Positions 1-8,807 of a stretch of 60,361 nucleotides of DNA are shown here, one piece after another. The first letter of the stretch is position 1. Every line of letters begins with the position of its first letter. Source of the stretch: Bdellovibrionales bacterium (GTDB lineage: Bacteria; Bdellovibrionota; Bdellovibrionia; Bdellovibrionales; UBA1609). The notes beneath the pieces were generated by a model that made no database searches, had not been told where the DNA came from, and saw nothing but the letters and a program-made list of their open reading frames with translations. Position numbers and translations under genes: made by a program. The DNA is taken from NCBI GenBank assembly GCA_050246815.1, contig JBFWVI010000016.1, positions 1-60,361 on the forward strand. Direction: 5' to 3'.

Positions 1-126
1 TCGATTATGACCTTGGATACTTTGATGAAGGGGGAAAGCGGGTGGAACCCGTCGACGACCCCTTCAAAATAAAAGTGTTACCTATGTCTCCGGAATAATC
101 TGTAACCCATGTCTCCGGAATGGACC
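1..126 (+). mobile_element. Right end of an IS481-family insertion sequence
   Basis: Transposase tail followed by two 21-nt direct repeats 25 bp apart: TGTTACCTATGTCTCCGGAAT (76-96) and TGTAACCCATGTCTCCGGAAT (101-121), then GGACC. This is the usual IS481 subterminal arrangement. End position uncertain by about 2 bp. Confidence 0.8.
3..98 (+). CDS. C-terminal fragment of IS481-family transposase (runs in from the window edge)
   Basis: Frame 3 reads DYDLGYFDEGGKRVEPVDDPFKIKVLPMSPE*. This matches the YDLGYFD...P..NPF...L.PMS C-terminus typical of IS481 transposases. Too short to appear in the ORF track. Confidence 0.8.
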   Translation, partial: DYDLGYFDEGGKRVEPVDDPFKIKVLPMSPE

Positions 127-788
127 CTGCGGTATTTCTAACCGCAGATGTTGCCTTTTTTGGGTCGATGATCGTGAAAGTTTTTGCTGGAGGCTGGTTT
201 CCAATTGCCGTTGGTGCAGCTATTTTCATCGTCATGACAACATGGAATCGCGGAAAAGCGTTACTCGCCCAAAAAATTCAGGAACGAATCATGTCACTAG
301 AGGATTTCTTTGTGGCTATGGAATCGAAACGACCGAGCCGCGCTCCGGGAACAGCCGTATTCATGACAAAAAATATTAGCGGCACTCCGCTGGCGCTTGT
401 GAATAACCTTCTCTATAACAATACGGTCCATGAACATGTGGTTCTTCTGACAGTTTTGGTGGAGGAAGTGTCTTACGTCAACGAGACCGAACGGGTTACC
501 GTAGAGTCTTTGAATAGCGGCTTCACACGAGTGATCGCTCGTTACGGCTTCATGGAAACTCCCGATGTCCTGGCGTTGCTCGCTAGGGACGACACACCGA
601 CCCCTCCAATCGAAAAGACGACGTTTTTTCTCGGCAACGAAGTCGTTCTTCCTGAAGGAAGCTCGAACATGATGCGGTGGCGTGCGCATTTATTCGCGTA
701 TTTGGCGCGAAACGCGACCCGCCCCACGACCTTCTTTAATGTGCCCACGTCGCGTGTGATGGAAATCGGATCGCAGATTCCGATGTGA
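127..788 (+). pseudogene. kup: 5'-truncated KUP/HAK/KT potassium transporter (last TM helices plus cytoplasmic domain)
   Basis: GGWFP..., MTTW.RG, PGTAVF, H..V..LT, RYGFME.P, TFFLG, RNA...FF.VP..RV.EIG.QI are Kup C-terminal motifs. About 400 N-terminal residues are absent, and the ATG at 120 lies inside the IS end. Confidence 0.85.
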
Positions 789-913
789 CGGACGAAACTC
801 AGTCTTTGGATACACGACCGCACCAGCGAACCTGGAGCAGGTTCGCTTCATTTTTTGATTTTAAATTTTCTTATTTCTTTCGATCACTTGACCAATTCTT
901 CCAGGTTCAGAAT

Positions 914-990
<77 letters not shown>

Positions 991-1065
991 CCAGAAAGGA
1001 GACACACAATAGGTTTTACAGGGGTTTGGGTCAAGTTATTCGCCGTCTATTATTGGCGTAGTGTG

Positions 1066-2709
1066 TCAGGGGCGGTAGCGGCCACCGCTGTTGAGATAGG
1101 CGGCACCGCCTTGCCATCCACCCCAGATGACGATTTCAAAACCTGTCCAGATGGCACTGGCAAAACGGCGAGACTGTGGCGCGTTTTGCGGAGAAATGGG
1201 GGTCCACGAATTGAGTATCGGATCATACAGCGCACTCGAGTTAATATCCGTGAAATTGTAGTCTCGGCCACCCCAGATGAGCATTTTTGCTCCAGTCCAG
1301 ACCGCGACACCTTCGACTCTGGGGGTGACCCGGGAATCAGAGGGCATCGTCTGCCATGAATTGGTGGCGGGGTTGTAGCGTCCGCCATCTCCAGTCAAAA
1401 ATGAACCCATCGTGTTGTCGTAACGATTGCCGCTCCAGATGATCATTTCAGTTCCGGACCACACGGCCGTCTGTCCATAGCGGGGAGAGGGAGCGTTTGC
1501 CAAAGTCATGGGGCTCCAGGTGTTTGTTTGTGGATTAAAGCGTGCACCGCTGTTGAGTCCAGGATTTTGCGATCCACAATCCAGAGTCACGTCATGACAA
1601 CCACCCCAGATCAACATTTCGGTGCCGGTCCACAAAGCCGAGTGGTGGACTCGCGGCCCAGGTGCACCCACACTTGAAATCGAAAGCCAAGAATTGAGTG
1701 CCGGGTCGTAAATTCCACCGTCGTTGACTTTATTCCCAGCCGCATCTTCGCCGCCCCAAACAATCATTTTGCTGCCAGTCCAAACACTTGTGTGATTCAG
1801 GCGTGGACTTGGGGCGCCGATGGTGCTGATTGCTCGCCATGAATCTTGATTTGGATCATAAAGAGCGCCGGTGTTAACGGCCTGACCCAAAGAATTCAAA
1901 CCACCCCAAACAATCATCTGCTGGCCGGTCCAAACACTTCCATAGACATAGCGAGGTGTAGGCGAGCCCACATTCGAAATGCTTGTCCAGCGGTCGGTGG
2001 AAGGATCATAGCGCGCCCCGGTTTGGTGATATTGACCGGTGCTGTATCCGCCCCAAACAAGTAGTTCACGCCCGGTCCAGGTCGAGGCGTGATAGTAACG
2101 GGCACTTGGTGCATTTTGACTATTGAGGCTGACCCAGATGTCGGGTGTGGTGACAAGGCCGTCTGCAAGACGGACCTTGTTTAAAATGTCGCCGCTGCTG
2201 GTGACAGTTTCCAGTTGATCAAAGATCGACTGGATATTGAATGTCAGGCGGTTGTAAGTGAGGCCGATATCAACATCGCCGGCAAAATTGAATTGCAGGT
2301 CATCTGTCACTTGCCAGTCACCTAAAGTGTTGGACACTTTAAGGCTGTGCCCAACTTGGCAAGAGTCCGCCAGCTGCATTTGCACTCGATCGTAAAGACC
2401 AGGTGGAACTTCCAGAGCAGCGAAATCAATTCCGCCATTGGTGATGGTCTTAAGCTGCGGCAGGGCAAAGCGAACCTCTTGCGTTTTTGTCATGGAAGCC
2501 AACCTTAAGCCGGTCACACAGATCAAAATGGAGCTGTCTTGCCCCTTGGGTTTGAAAGTGGCCACGGTTGGCTCTGTCATCGGGTTGCCGACGATGGTGC
2601 TATCCTTGCTGGAGGGTTGGCCCGTATATTGATAGCGGCAATTGTTGTGACTGAGGACGATAAACACCAGTAAGCAATTCAGGATGAATGGTAAAAAGCG
2701 TCTTTTCAT
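1066..2709 (-). CDS. Exported protein or lipoprotein with a seven-repeat kelch-like beta-propeller
   Basis: Hydrophobic N-terminus ending SHNNC, then a TIVGNP motif, a beta-rich linker domain, and seven ~49-aa repeats of xxWTGxxMxxWGG...G..YDP..xW. Confidence 0.85.
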   Translation of the reverse strand: MKRRFLPFILNCLLVFIVLSHNNCRYQYTGQPSSKDSTIVGNPMTEPTVATFKPKGQDSSILICVTGLRLASMTKTQEVRFALPQLKTITNGGIDFAALEVPPGLYDRVQMQLADSCQVGHSLKVSNTLGDWQVTDDLQFNFAGDVDIGLTYNRLTFNIQSIFDQLETVTSSGDILNKVRLADGLVTTPDIWVSLNSQNAPSARYYHASTWTGRELLVWGGYSTGQYHQTGARYDPSTDRWTSISNVGSPTPRYVYGSVWTGQQMIVWGGLNSLGQAVNTGALYDPNQDSWRAISTIGAPSPRLNHTSVWTGSKMIVWGGEDAAGNKVNDGGIYDPALNSWLSISSVGAPGPRVHHSALWTGTEMLIWGGCHDVTLDCGSQNPGLNSGARFNPQTNTWSPMTLANAPSPRYGQTAVWSGTEMIIWSGNRYDNTMGSFLTGDGGRYNPATNSWQTMPSDSRVTPRVEGVAVWTGAKMLIWGGRDYNFTDINSSALYDPILNSWTPISPQNAPQSRRFASAIWTGFEIVIWGGWQGGAAYLNSGGRYRP

Positions 2710-3551
2710 GTGTCGCTCCCGTCATTGGAGCCGGCAATCGGGAAGAGCTGTATATTCAACTGATAAACCGCATCGGCGTCTTTCAGATCGCCGATCACTT
2801 GAGCGAGTTCATTGCGGAAGTTTGAAATTTTCTCTTTAATCATCTTGATGTTCTGCGTGTTGATGGGCACGGCCACGACTGACAGATCACGCTTGTCGCG
2901 AGGGAAGGTCTGAATGGCATCCGAGGCCCTTTCAAGAGCTTGTCGGTGAAAGTGGGCGATCGAACTTGTGACCACCTCGTCGTCCGTGGCAATTTTTGAG
3001 TGGGCCTGTACCAGCCGTCCCTTTTCATTGCGGACCAAAAGCCCCAGTTGGATCAGTTCATCCAAAGCTGTTTGGGCTTGTTTGGTCGTGATATTGGGGA
3101 AAACATGTTTCGAAATCCAATCCGGGCTTTCATTGAACATATCCAAATTGACCAGTTCTCGAATCGCCACGTAATACCAGTTTCTGAGATAATTAAACTG
3201 CCCAAGTTTGAGTGGATGAATTTTTTTACTGGTTTGTGATTGTAGGAGTTCTTTTGCGTAAGAGTCTTTTTCTTCCACTGTCGAGGCTTGATTAAAAAGA
3301 ACCAAGTTTTTAAAGTAGAGCCCTTCTTCTTTGTTTAATTTAAGGGCTTTGGCGAATTGCTCAATGCTCGGAAGGGCCAAATTTCTTTTTCCATCAATGA
3401 CCAACATCAAAAAATTCGAAGACTGAAAGCCGGCTAGCTTTGCAAAAAATCGATACGAATACTTTTTGTTGGCCTTTTTATTGGTTTCGTAAACATCTTT
3501 TAAGAATGCGCGGTAGTTGTCATATTCAAATATCGATTTGAGACGATCCAC
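2706..3551 (-). CDS. TIGR02147 / DUF4423 family putative DNA-binding protein
   Basis: IFEY..YR.FL, SYR.FA..AGF.S..FL..VI.GKRNL, WYY.AIRELV, FH, R..S and VYQLN.QLFP motifs. Its stop overlaps the next start codon (ATGA). Confidence 0.9.
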   Translation of the reverse strand: MDRLKSIFEYDNYRAFLKDVYETNKKANKKYSYRFFAKLAGFQSSNFLMLVIDGKRNLALPSIEQFAKALKLNKEEGLYFKNLVLFNQASTVEEKDSYAKELLQSQTSKKIHPLKLGQFNYLRNWYYVAIRELVNLDMFNESPDWISKHVFPNITTKQAQTALDELIQLGLLVRNEKGRLVQAHSKIATDDEVVTSSIAHFHRQALERASDAIQTFPRDKRDLSVVAVPINTQNIKMIKEKISNFRNELAQVIGDLKDADAVYQLNIQLFPIAGSNDGSDT

Positions 3552-3651
3552 GGTTTTAAGATCTCCTCTGCCTTCTGTGGCACCTTTAGATTAACATGCC
3601 GGACATTTCCCAACGTAAACATTTGTGGCCACGTAACCAATTGGAACACGC

Positions 3652-3737
3652 TTTAGAACACGGAAAGATGGTTGAGAGTATTGGAGAATTTTGCCTCTGC
3701 TGATATCGTTTGGGGTGTTCAGGGTTTTTTAGAACAC
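3652..3737. promoter_or_regulatory. Repeated GAACAC operator-like sites in the divergent intergenic region
   Basis: Exact TTTAGAACAC at 3652-3661 and 3728-3737; GTGTTC-N11-GAACAC inverted repeat at 3715-3737; another GAACAC at 3644. Confidence 0.45.
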
Positions 3738-3818
3738 ACCCGAACCGCCGCACGTCACCTCATTTAAAAACGAACATTTTGTCTTGAATTGAGACGAATG
3801 AAGGAAAAAGGGGAGCTT

Positions 3819-5138
3819 ATGAAACGACTGCTGCTTCTTACGCTGATTTTTTACTCAAGTATTTCGCTCGCGGCGAATCGTTACGTCAGGCAGGGGGCTG
3901 TTGGCGCAAACAACGGCAGTGATTGGACTAACGCGTACCCTTCTCTTCCGGCCACTTTGATTCGAGGTGATACTTACTATATCGGGGACGGGAGTTATGG
4001 GCGCTATACATTTGACGACCCCTTGAGTGGGATCCAGGTGATCACGCTTAAAAAGGCCACCGTTGCAGATCACGGAACCGCTGTTGGATGGCAAGATTCC
4101 TACGGTGATGGGCAAGCGACTTTTTCAGATATGACTTTCAACTTTGGCTATTACACGATCGACGGGCAAAAAAGAAATGAGAGCAATTGGCAAGACACCC
4201 CTTCGTACGGATTTCGCAACACCGGGTCTGTCTATTCATCCGCGCTTAATCCGGGGCCGACCTGTGCGGATAATTTGGTGATTCGCTATGTGGATATTGG
4301 GGGTCCCCCGGGCAGCGCTTACAGTGAGAGCCTGCCCTCGTCAGGCTTTTATTTTGGTGGCTTTGGTGAATCATGTGACAGATGGGTTGTGCATCGAAGT
4401 CACATCCACCACGTTGAAATACCATTTCAAATTGCGGGAGGCAGTACGGGTTTGATTGAGTACAACTGGATTGGTCCGGGTTGGGCAAAGGAAGCTATCC
4501 GAGGTCAAATCAAGGCTTCGAATTTTATCATACGTAACAATGTGTTTAAGGATTCCTGCCAATTCACCCCCGGCGATCAGACGTCTGGTTGTACGGCCGA
4601 AATTGCCATGTGGGATGGCAGCGCAGCGGGTTCATTCTCGGGGAATGAAATCTATGGAAATATTTTCCAAAAAACAACTAACGAACACAACTCGGGCGGG
4701 GTGATTGTGGTTGGTGGCAATGGCAGCAGTTGGGTTGGTGTATCGGCAAGCAACACGAAAATTTATAACAATACACTCGTCGGTTTCCACCAGGGCAATG
4801 CCATGATTCTAGTCAACGGGGGTACAGGCAACGCGGTGACCAACAACATCTGGTACGATATCGGGCCGGGGGTTTTCTTTGAGTGCTCAGCCAACACCTG
4901 CACAAACAACCTTAAATTGATGGCCAATCCTTTCGTGGCTTATCCAAACAATTTACGCCTTTCCATCGCTAGACCTGGCACAACATTGGGCGCACCTTAC
5001 GACGTGGATTTGACGGGGGTCATGCGCGGGTCAGATGGTGTCTGGGATGTTGGCGCATATGAGTTCGGCGGCACCATTCCCGTTCCCACAGGAAGAAAAC
5101 TAAAAAGTAGCACCACGACAATACGTGTGACTCCATAG
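3819..5138 (+). CDS. Secreted right-handed beta-helix (pectin-lyase-like) protein
   Basis: RBS GGGAG before ATG 3819; signal peptide ending SLA-A; YV...GANNGSDWTNAY N-terminal motif; repeated I.NN.F / IYNNT strands; C-terminal WDVGAYE motif. Confidence 0.75.
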   Translation: MKRLLLLTLIFYSSISLAANRYVRQGAVGANNGSDWTNAYPSLPATLIRGDTYYIGDGSYGRYTFDDPLSGIQVITLKKATVADHGTAVGWQDSYGDGQATFSDMTFNFGYYTIDGQKRNESNWQDTPSYGFRNTGSVYSSALNPGPTCADNLVIRYVDIGGPPGSAYSESLPSSGFYFGGFGESCDRWVVHRSHIHHVEIPFQIAGGSTGLIEYNWIGPGWAKEAIRGQIKASNFIIRNNVFKDSCQFTPGDQTSGCTAEIAMWDGSAAGSFSGNEIYGNIFQKTTNEHNSGGVIVVGGNGSSWVGVSASNTKIYNNTLVGFHQGNAMILVNGGTGNAVTNNIWYDIGPGVFFECSANTCTNNLKLMANPFVAYPNNLRLSIARPGTTLGAPYDVDLTGVMRGSDGVWDVGAYEFGGTIPVPTGRKLKSSTTTIRVTP

Positions 5139-5209
5139 GGATAGATTTTACAAATCCGTGGGCAAGTTATTCGCTTGCTCATTGTTGATTGGGTGTGTCA
5201 GAAGAGGCC

Positions 5210-6766
5210 ATGCGGATGCTGGTTTTTTCTTTAGTTTGGGTGGCCTTCTCGGCTTCAGCGGGGGAACTTTTCTCGATGGACCCGCACGCGGTGAATATGA
5301 CGGCGGCATGGGGTCCACGCCAGGTTTCGCCCATTGCGAAAATTCAATTTGAAAAATGGATTTTACCGCAGCTTTTTGGTGAGCAGAAAGCGGAATTGAC
5401 CGAGTTTGCGCAAAGATTTTTGCGCGCACGCACGGCACGGGCACGGCTTGAGATTTTAAGGCACGAGCAGGCCCGACACATGTATTTGGGTACGGTCTCT
5501 ATGCAGACACTATTATGGGCCTGCTCCCAGCTTGAAGTGATTGAACACGAGCGTCTTAACAAGGCTTTTCGCGGGCCGCTTTTGGATACGTTGTATCGCG
5601 CGCTACGATTTGGCGCGACCTGGGCCCCGCTGACCAAATCGCAGTATCAAAAAATGTGGGCCTTTGTTTTGGGGGGCCAAGACGTACGGGCTGAAAAGAT
5701 TCTGCAATTGGTTTTAAGCCAGCGCCAAGAACCTTGGTACAGTAGCTTAAAAGATTTTGAGTTGGGAGCCACTTTGCGGCATGTGCACCGGCTGCATCAA
5801 ACGGAAGTCTTAGATGACGAAGATGCTGAAGTGTATGAGGCGAAGCGATATGCAAAAGCTCCATGGCGCGCGGTTATGAATTTAATGCTTTCGACGGAAG
5901 ATGGTGTTGTGAACTTTGCGCAAAACGGGCTTTTACAAGATCTGCAAAGTGCTTTGCGAGATCCTGGACAGCCTTTGTCGGTTCAACAGATGAGTCTTGA
6001 ACTTATCGCGCAAATGGGGCCACAGGCCACAAAAAACGAGCGGCTGATTGATGATTATCTGAACAGTCCTTCGCCCTCTTTGCGTTTTAGTGCAATCCGG
6101 GCTTTGCAGGCCGACACTTCCGGCTGGCAAGACCATGTTTTAAACGCTCTTGCATATTCGCAAAGAGCCATCGCAACCCTAAAACAAAACATGGATATGG
6201 ATCTGGAAGAAGAAGTGCGTGGCTTAGAAATTCATCGCGAAATCGAATTTCGTCGAACTGTCATCCATCATGTGGTGTTGAGTGGTTACACTTTGCAGCC
6301 CGCTCTTTTAAATGAAGTCTTAAATGAACTCTCGCATATCACGTTGTCCAACAACTCGCTGGCTCATGATTTGGTGGACGATTTGTTGATGTCAGAACGC
6401 GGCAGTGAAGACGCTTTGATCACTTCAGTGGTTCGGTTGATGGTTCGAGAAACCCAACTTTTACAAGATCGGTTAGAGAGGCGTTTGGCTGAAAAAACAC
6501 CACCACTGCTCACGTCTGCGCTACGGAATTTGTTGAAAGTGGTCATGAAAAAGAACTTTACTGATCCGGTTTTGCTGCGTGAATTGTCCAATTTGGTGCA
6601 ACAGCCTAAACTTCGAGTCTTTGCGGCTGAGGACTTGACGGGTCAGCTTAAAACCGCATTTGCCGTATACGTCGAGCGGAACTTACCGCCGCTTGAATCA
6701 CCATCTGTTTGCGAAGTCATTATTTTGTCGGATTGGAAAAAGGCTCCACCGTCTGAAGCGCACTGA
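5210..6766 (+). CDS. Exported alpha-helical (HEAT/ARM-like) hypothetical protein
   Basis: Long ORF; signal peptide ending ASA; Leu-rich helical segments including YLNSPSPSLRFSAIRAL. Confidence 0.65.
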   Translation: MRMLVFSLVWVAFSASAGELFSMDPHAVNMTAAWGPRQVSPIAKIQFEKWILPQLFGEQKAELTEFAQRFLRARTARARLEILRHEQARHMYLGTVSMQTLLWACSQLEVIEHERLNKAFRGPLLDTLYRALRFGATWAPLTKSQYQKMWAFVLGGQDVRAEKILQLVLSQRQEPWYSSLKDFELGATLRHVHRLHQTEVLDDEDAEVYEAKRYAKAPWRAVMNLMLSTEDGVVNFAQNGLLQDLQSALRDPGQPLSVQQMSLELIAQMGPQATKNERLIDDYLNSPSPSLRFSAIRALQADTSGWQDHVLNALAYSQRAIATLKQNMDMDLEEEVRGLEIHREIEFRRTVIHHVVLSGYTLQPALLNEVLNELSHITLSNNSLAHDLVDDLLMSERGSEDALITSVVRLMVRETQLLQDRLERRLAEKTPPLLTSALRNLLKVVMKKNFTDPVLLRELSNLVQQPKLRVFAAEDLTGQLKTAFAVYVERNLPPLESPSVCEVIILSDWKKAPPSEAH

Positions 6767-7700
6767 GTTTCTTCCATGGCTTTAAACGCAAATGGTGTGC
6801 GCAATTTTTTGAGCAAGCCTGATTTACAGACGGCTGTTCTTTGCAGGCCAAACAGATAATTTGTGATTGACCGCATTCCGCACAGCTGATTTTTTGATCG
6901 GCCGGGTCGCCACAGTGCGGACACAAGATATAGCGAGTGGTGGCGTTTAATTGTTGGTCCACCGCCACACGGTCATCAAAAACAAAACATTCACCTTCGA
7001 ATTCGCGGTTGGGGAATTTTTCCAGATAACGTAAAATTCCACCGTGCAGTTGATAGACTTTTTCATAGCCACGTTTTTTTAATTCTAATGCGGCCTTTTC
7101 GCAGCGAATGCCGCCGGTGCAATAAATCAGAACGGGCTTTGATTTGTCGACTTTTAGTGCGTGTTCCGCCACATCGGGAAATTCGGTAAACTGGCCGATC
7201 TTGGGATTCAAGGCGCCGCGAAAGGCGCCTATTTTGTATTCATATTCATTGCGGGTGTCGAGCAATGTGAACTGGGAGCGGTCGTTTTGTAGCCATTCGT
7301 GCCACTGCTCGGGCGAAAGATAGCTCTCATCGCGGCTTTGGGGAACAAGATCGGGGCGCTGTAAAGTCACGATCTCGGGGCGAAGACGAACCTGCAGATC
7401 ATGGCGAAAAGGGCGTTTGAAACTCTCGCTATCTTTGAATTCTTCTGGTTTTAAATTAAAGCGGTCGGCCAACCATGATTTGGCTTGAGCGCGGTCGGCC
7501 TCTGATCGGGTGGCCAGCGTGCCATTGAGTCCCTCGGTGGCCAAGATGATCAAGCCATTCAAATTCAGGCTGGCGCCCAAATCCAAAAGTTCAAGCTTTG
7601 CCAATTCAGGCGAGCCCACAGGGGTGAAACGGTAAAAATTAGTAACATAATACTTATTGGTCACATTTTGGGGGTACTGGCAGTGAGGGTACTTCGTCAA
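6720..7700 (-). CDS. trhO: tRNA uridine(34) hydroxylase, rhodanese/UPF0176 family
   Basis: FY.F, G..ILA.EG.N, LDTRN.YE..IG.F, YCTGGIRCEK, GECFVFD.R motifs. The true start may be a few codons downstream. Confidence 0.9.
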   Translation of the reverse strand: MTKYPHCQYPQNVTNKYYVTNFYRFTPVGSPELAKLELLDLGASLNLNGLIILATEGLNGTLATRSEADRAQAKSWLADRFNLKPEEFKDSESFKRPFRHDLQVRLRPEIVTLQRPDLVPQSRDESYLSPEQWHEWLQNDRSQFTLLDTRNEYEYKIGAFRGALNPKIGQFTEFPDVAEHALKVDKSKPVLIYCTGGIRCEKAALELKKRGYEKVYQLHGGILRYLEKFPNREFEGECFVFDDRVAVDQQLNATTRYILCPHCGDPADQKISCAECGQSQIICLACKEQPSVNQACSKNCAHHLRLKPWKKLSALQTVEPFSNPTK

Positions 7701-7709
7701 TAGTTTGCT

Positions 7710-8693
7710 TTAAGAAGCAGCTGAAAAGCCTTCTTTTTCGACAATCTTCTTGAGCGCCTTGAAGGCCTCTTTGTTGTAGGGCTGCCCCATGGTGTGCTCG
7801 ATGTACATCAAAGCCTCACGGGGGTTCTTGGCGCTCGGGCAATTGGGGTTGGCGATGGTCAGTGTGACGAACTGGTCGGCCAGGCCCACAATTTTGGCGA
7901 GTGGATGGATCTTCACGTCGCGAATACGTTGCGGATAGCCTTGGCCCAAAGAATTTTCGTGATGTTCATAAATAATTGAAACGATGTCATCTGGCACGAT
8001 GCCAAGGCTTAACACCATCTGCATGCCCCGATAAGGATGGGTCTCCATCAGCGAAGATTCTTCAGGGGTCATGGTCGCCAAAGGTTTCTTTAGCAATTCC
8101 GGGGGTAGACTTTTTTTGCCGATGTCGTGCAGCAGGCCACCGAGCGAAAGTTTTTCAAGGGTGATTTTCTTTTCAAAACCCATGGCGCCACCGATCATGA
8201 CGGACAAGGCGGCCACGGCCATCGAATGCGCCAGTAAATCATCCGAGCAGTTTTTTAAACCTTCGAACATTTCGGCCAGATCGCGGTGGGCTTCGCACAT
8301 GCCAACCATCGCTTCAGTGATCACTTTGGCGTTGTTGTACATTTCTAGGCTGATGCCCATGTGATCCAGTTGAGTGAAAACAGTGCGTGCGGCAGAGGTC
8401 ATCACCGAAGTTTTACTGCGAAAATCCAGGTCTTTTTTGCTGACCAACAAACCCGCCAAAGAAATGCTTTGCTGCGCGACTTTGCTGTACTCTTGGCGCA
8501 AAACCCAAAGGTATTGAATCTCTTTGTTGTTGTATTGCTTGAGCTGATCTTTGTTGGTGGAGCTGCCCACCTTGGCGATCAAAACGAACTTGTCGTCGCC
8601 CAGACGGACATAAAGATTCACGGGCACTTTAGAACCCATGATAAATTCGCTAATCGGTATCGGGATCATGTCTTGAGCTTGTGCTTCCATCAA
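7710..8693 (-). CDS. HD-GYP domain cyclic-dinucleotide phosphodiesterase
   Basis: HS..VA, LLHDIGK, HP..G, HHE...G.GYP and AD motifs. Confidence 0.9.
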   Translation of the reverse strand: MMEAQAQDMIPIPISEFIMGSKVPVNLYVRLGDDKFVLIAKVGSSTNKDQLKQYNNKEIQYLWVLRQEYSKVAQQSISLAGLLVSKKDLDFRSKTSVMTSAARTVFTQLDHMGISLEMYNNAKVITEAMVGMCEAHRDLAEMFEGLKNCSDDLLAHSMAVAALSVMIGGAMGFEKKITLEKLSLGGLLHDIGKKSLPPELLKKPLATMTPEESSLMETHPYRGMQMVLSLGIVPDDIVSIIYEHHENSLGQGYPQRIRDVKIHPLAKIVGLADQFVTLTIANPNCPSAKNPREALMYIEHTMGQPYNKEAFKALKKIVEKEGFSAAS

Positions 8694-8698
8694 TACTT

Positions 8699-8725
8699 TT
8701 ATCGGATTTTGCCCGCCTAACGTTA
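8699..8725 (-). promoter_or_regulatory. Sigma28 (FliA)-type promoter for the HD-GYP gene
   Basis: Minus strand TAAC-N15-TCCGATAA; consensus is TAAA-N15-GCCGATAA. Confidence 0.6.
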
Positions 8726-8807
8726 AGCGGAGTGGCCGGACTTAACGCCGTTTTGAATCGAAACCAGACTTTTTGCCTGGGAGAGTTTTTGGGTGTACAC
8801 AGTAAAG

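Noticed and set aside
76..121. Direct repeats as a mini-CRISPR or iterons
   Set aside because: Only two copies with a 4-nt gap; explained by the IS481 end.
120..788. kup as an intact 222-aa gene
   Set aside because: Kup is about 630 aa, and the apparent start lies in the IS end.
1066..2140. ~147-nt periodic DNA repeats as an array or diversity-generating target
   Set aside because: They are degenerate coding repeats of the kelch-like blades; no reverse transcriptase or template repeat was seen.
5161..5174. GG-N10-GC sigma54 site before gene 5210
   Set aside because: Spacing fits but both flanks deviate (GGGCAA, TCGC); too weak to call.
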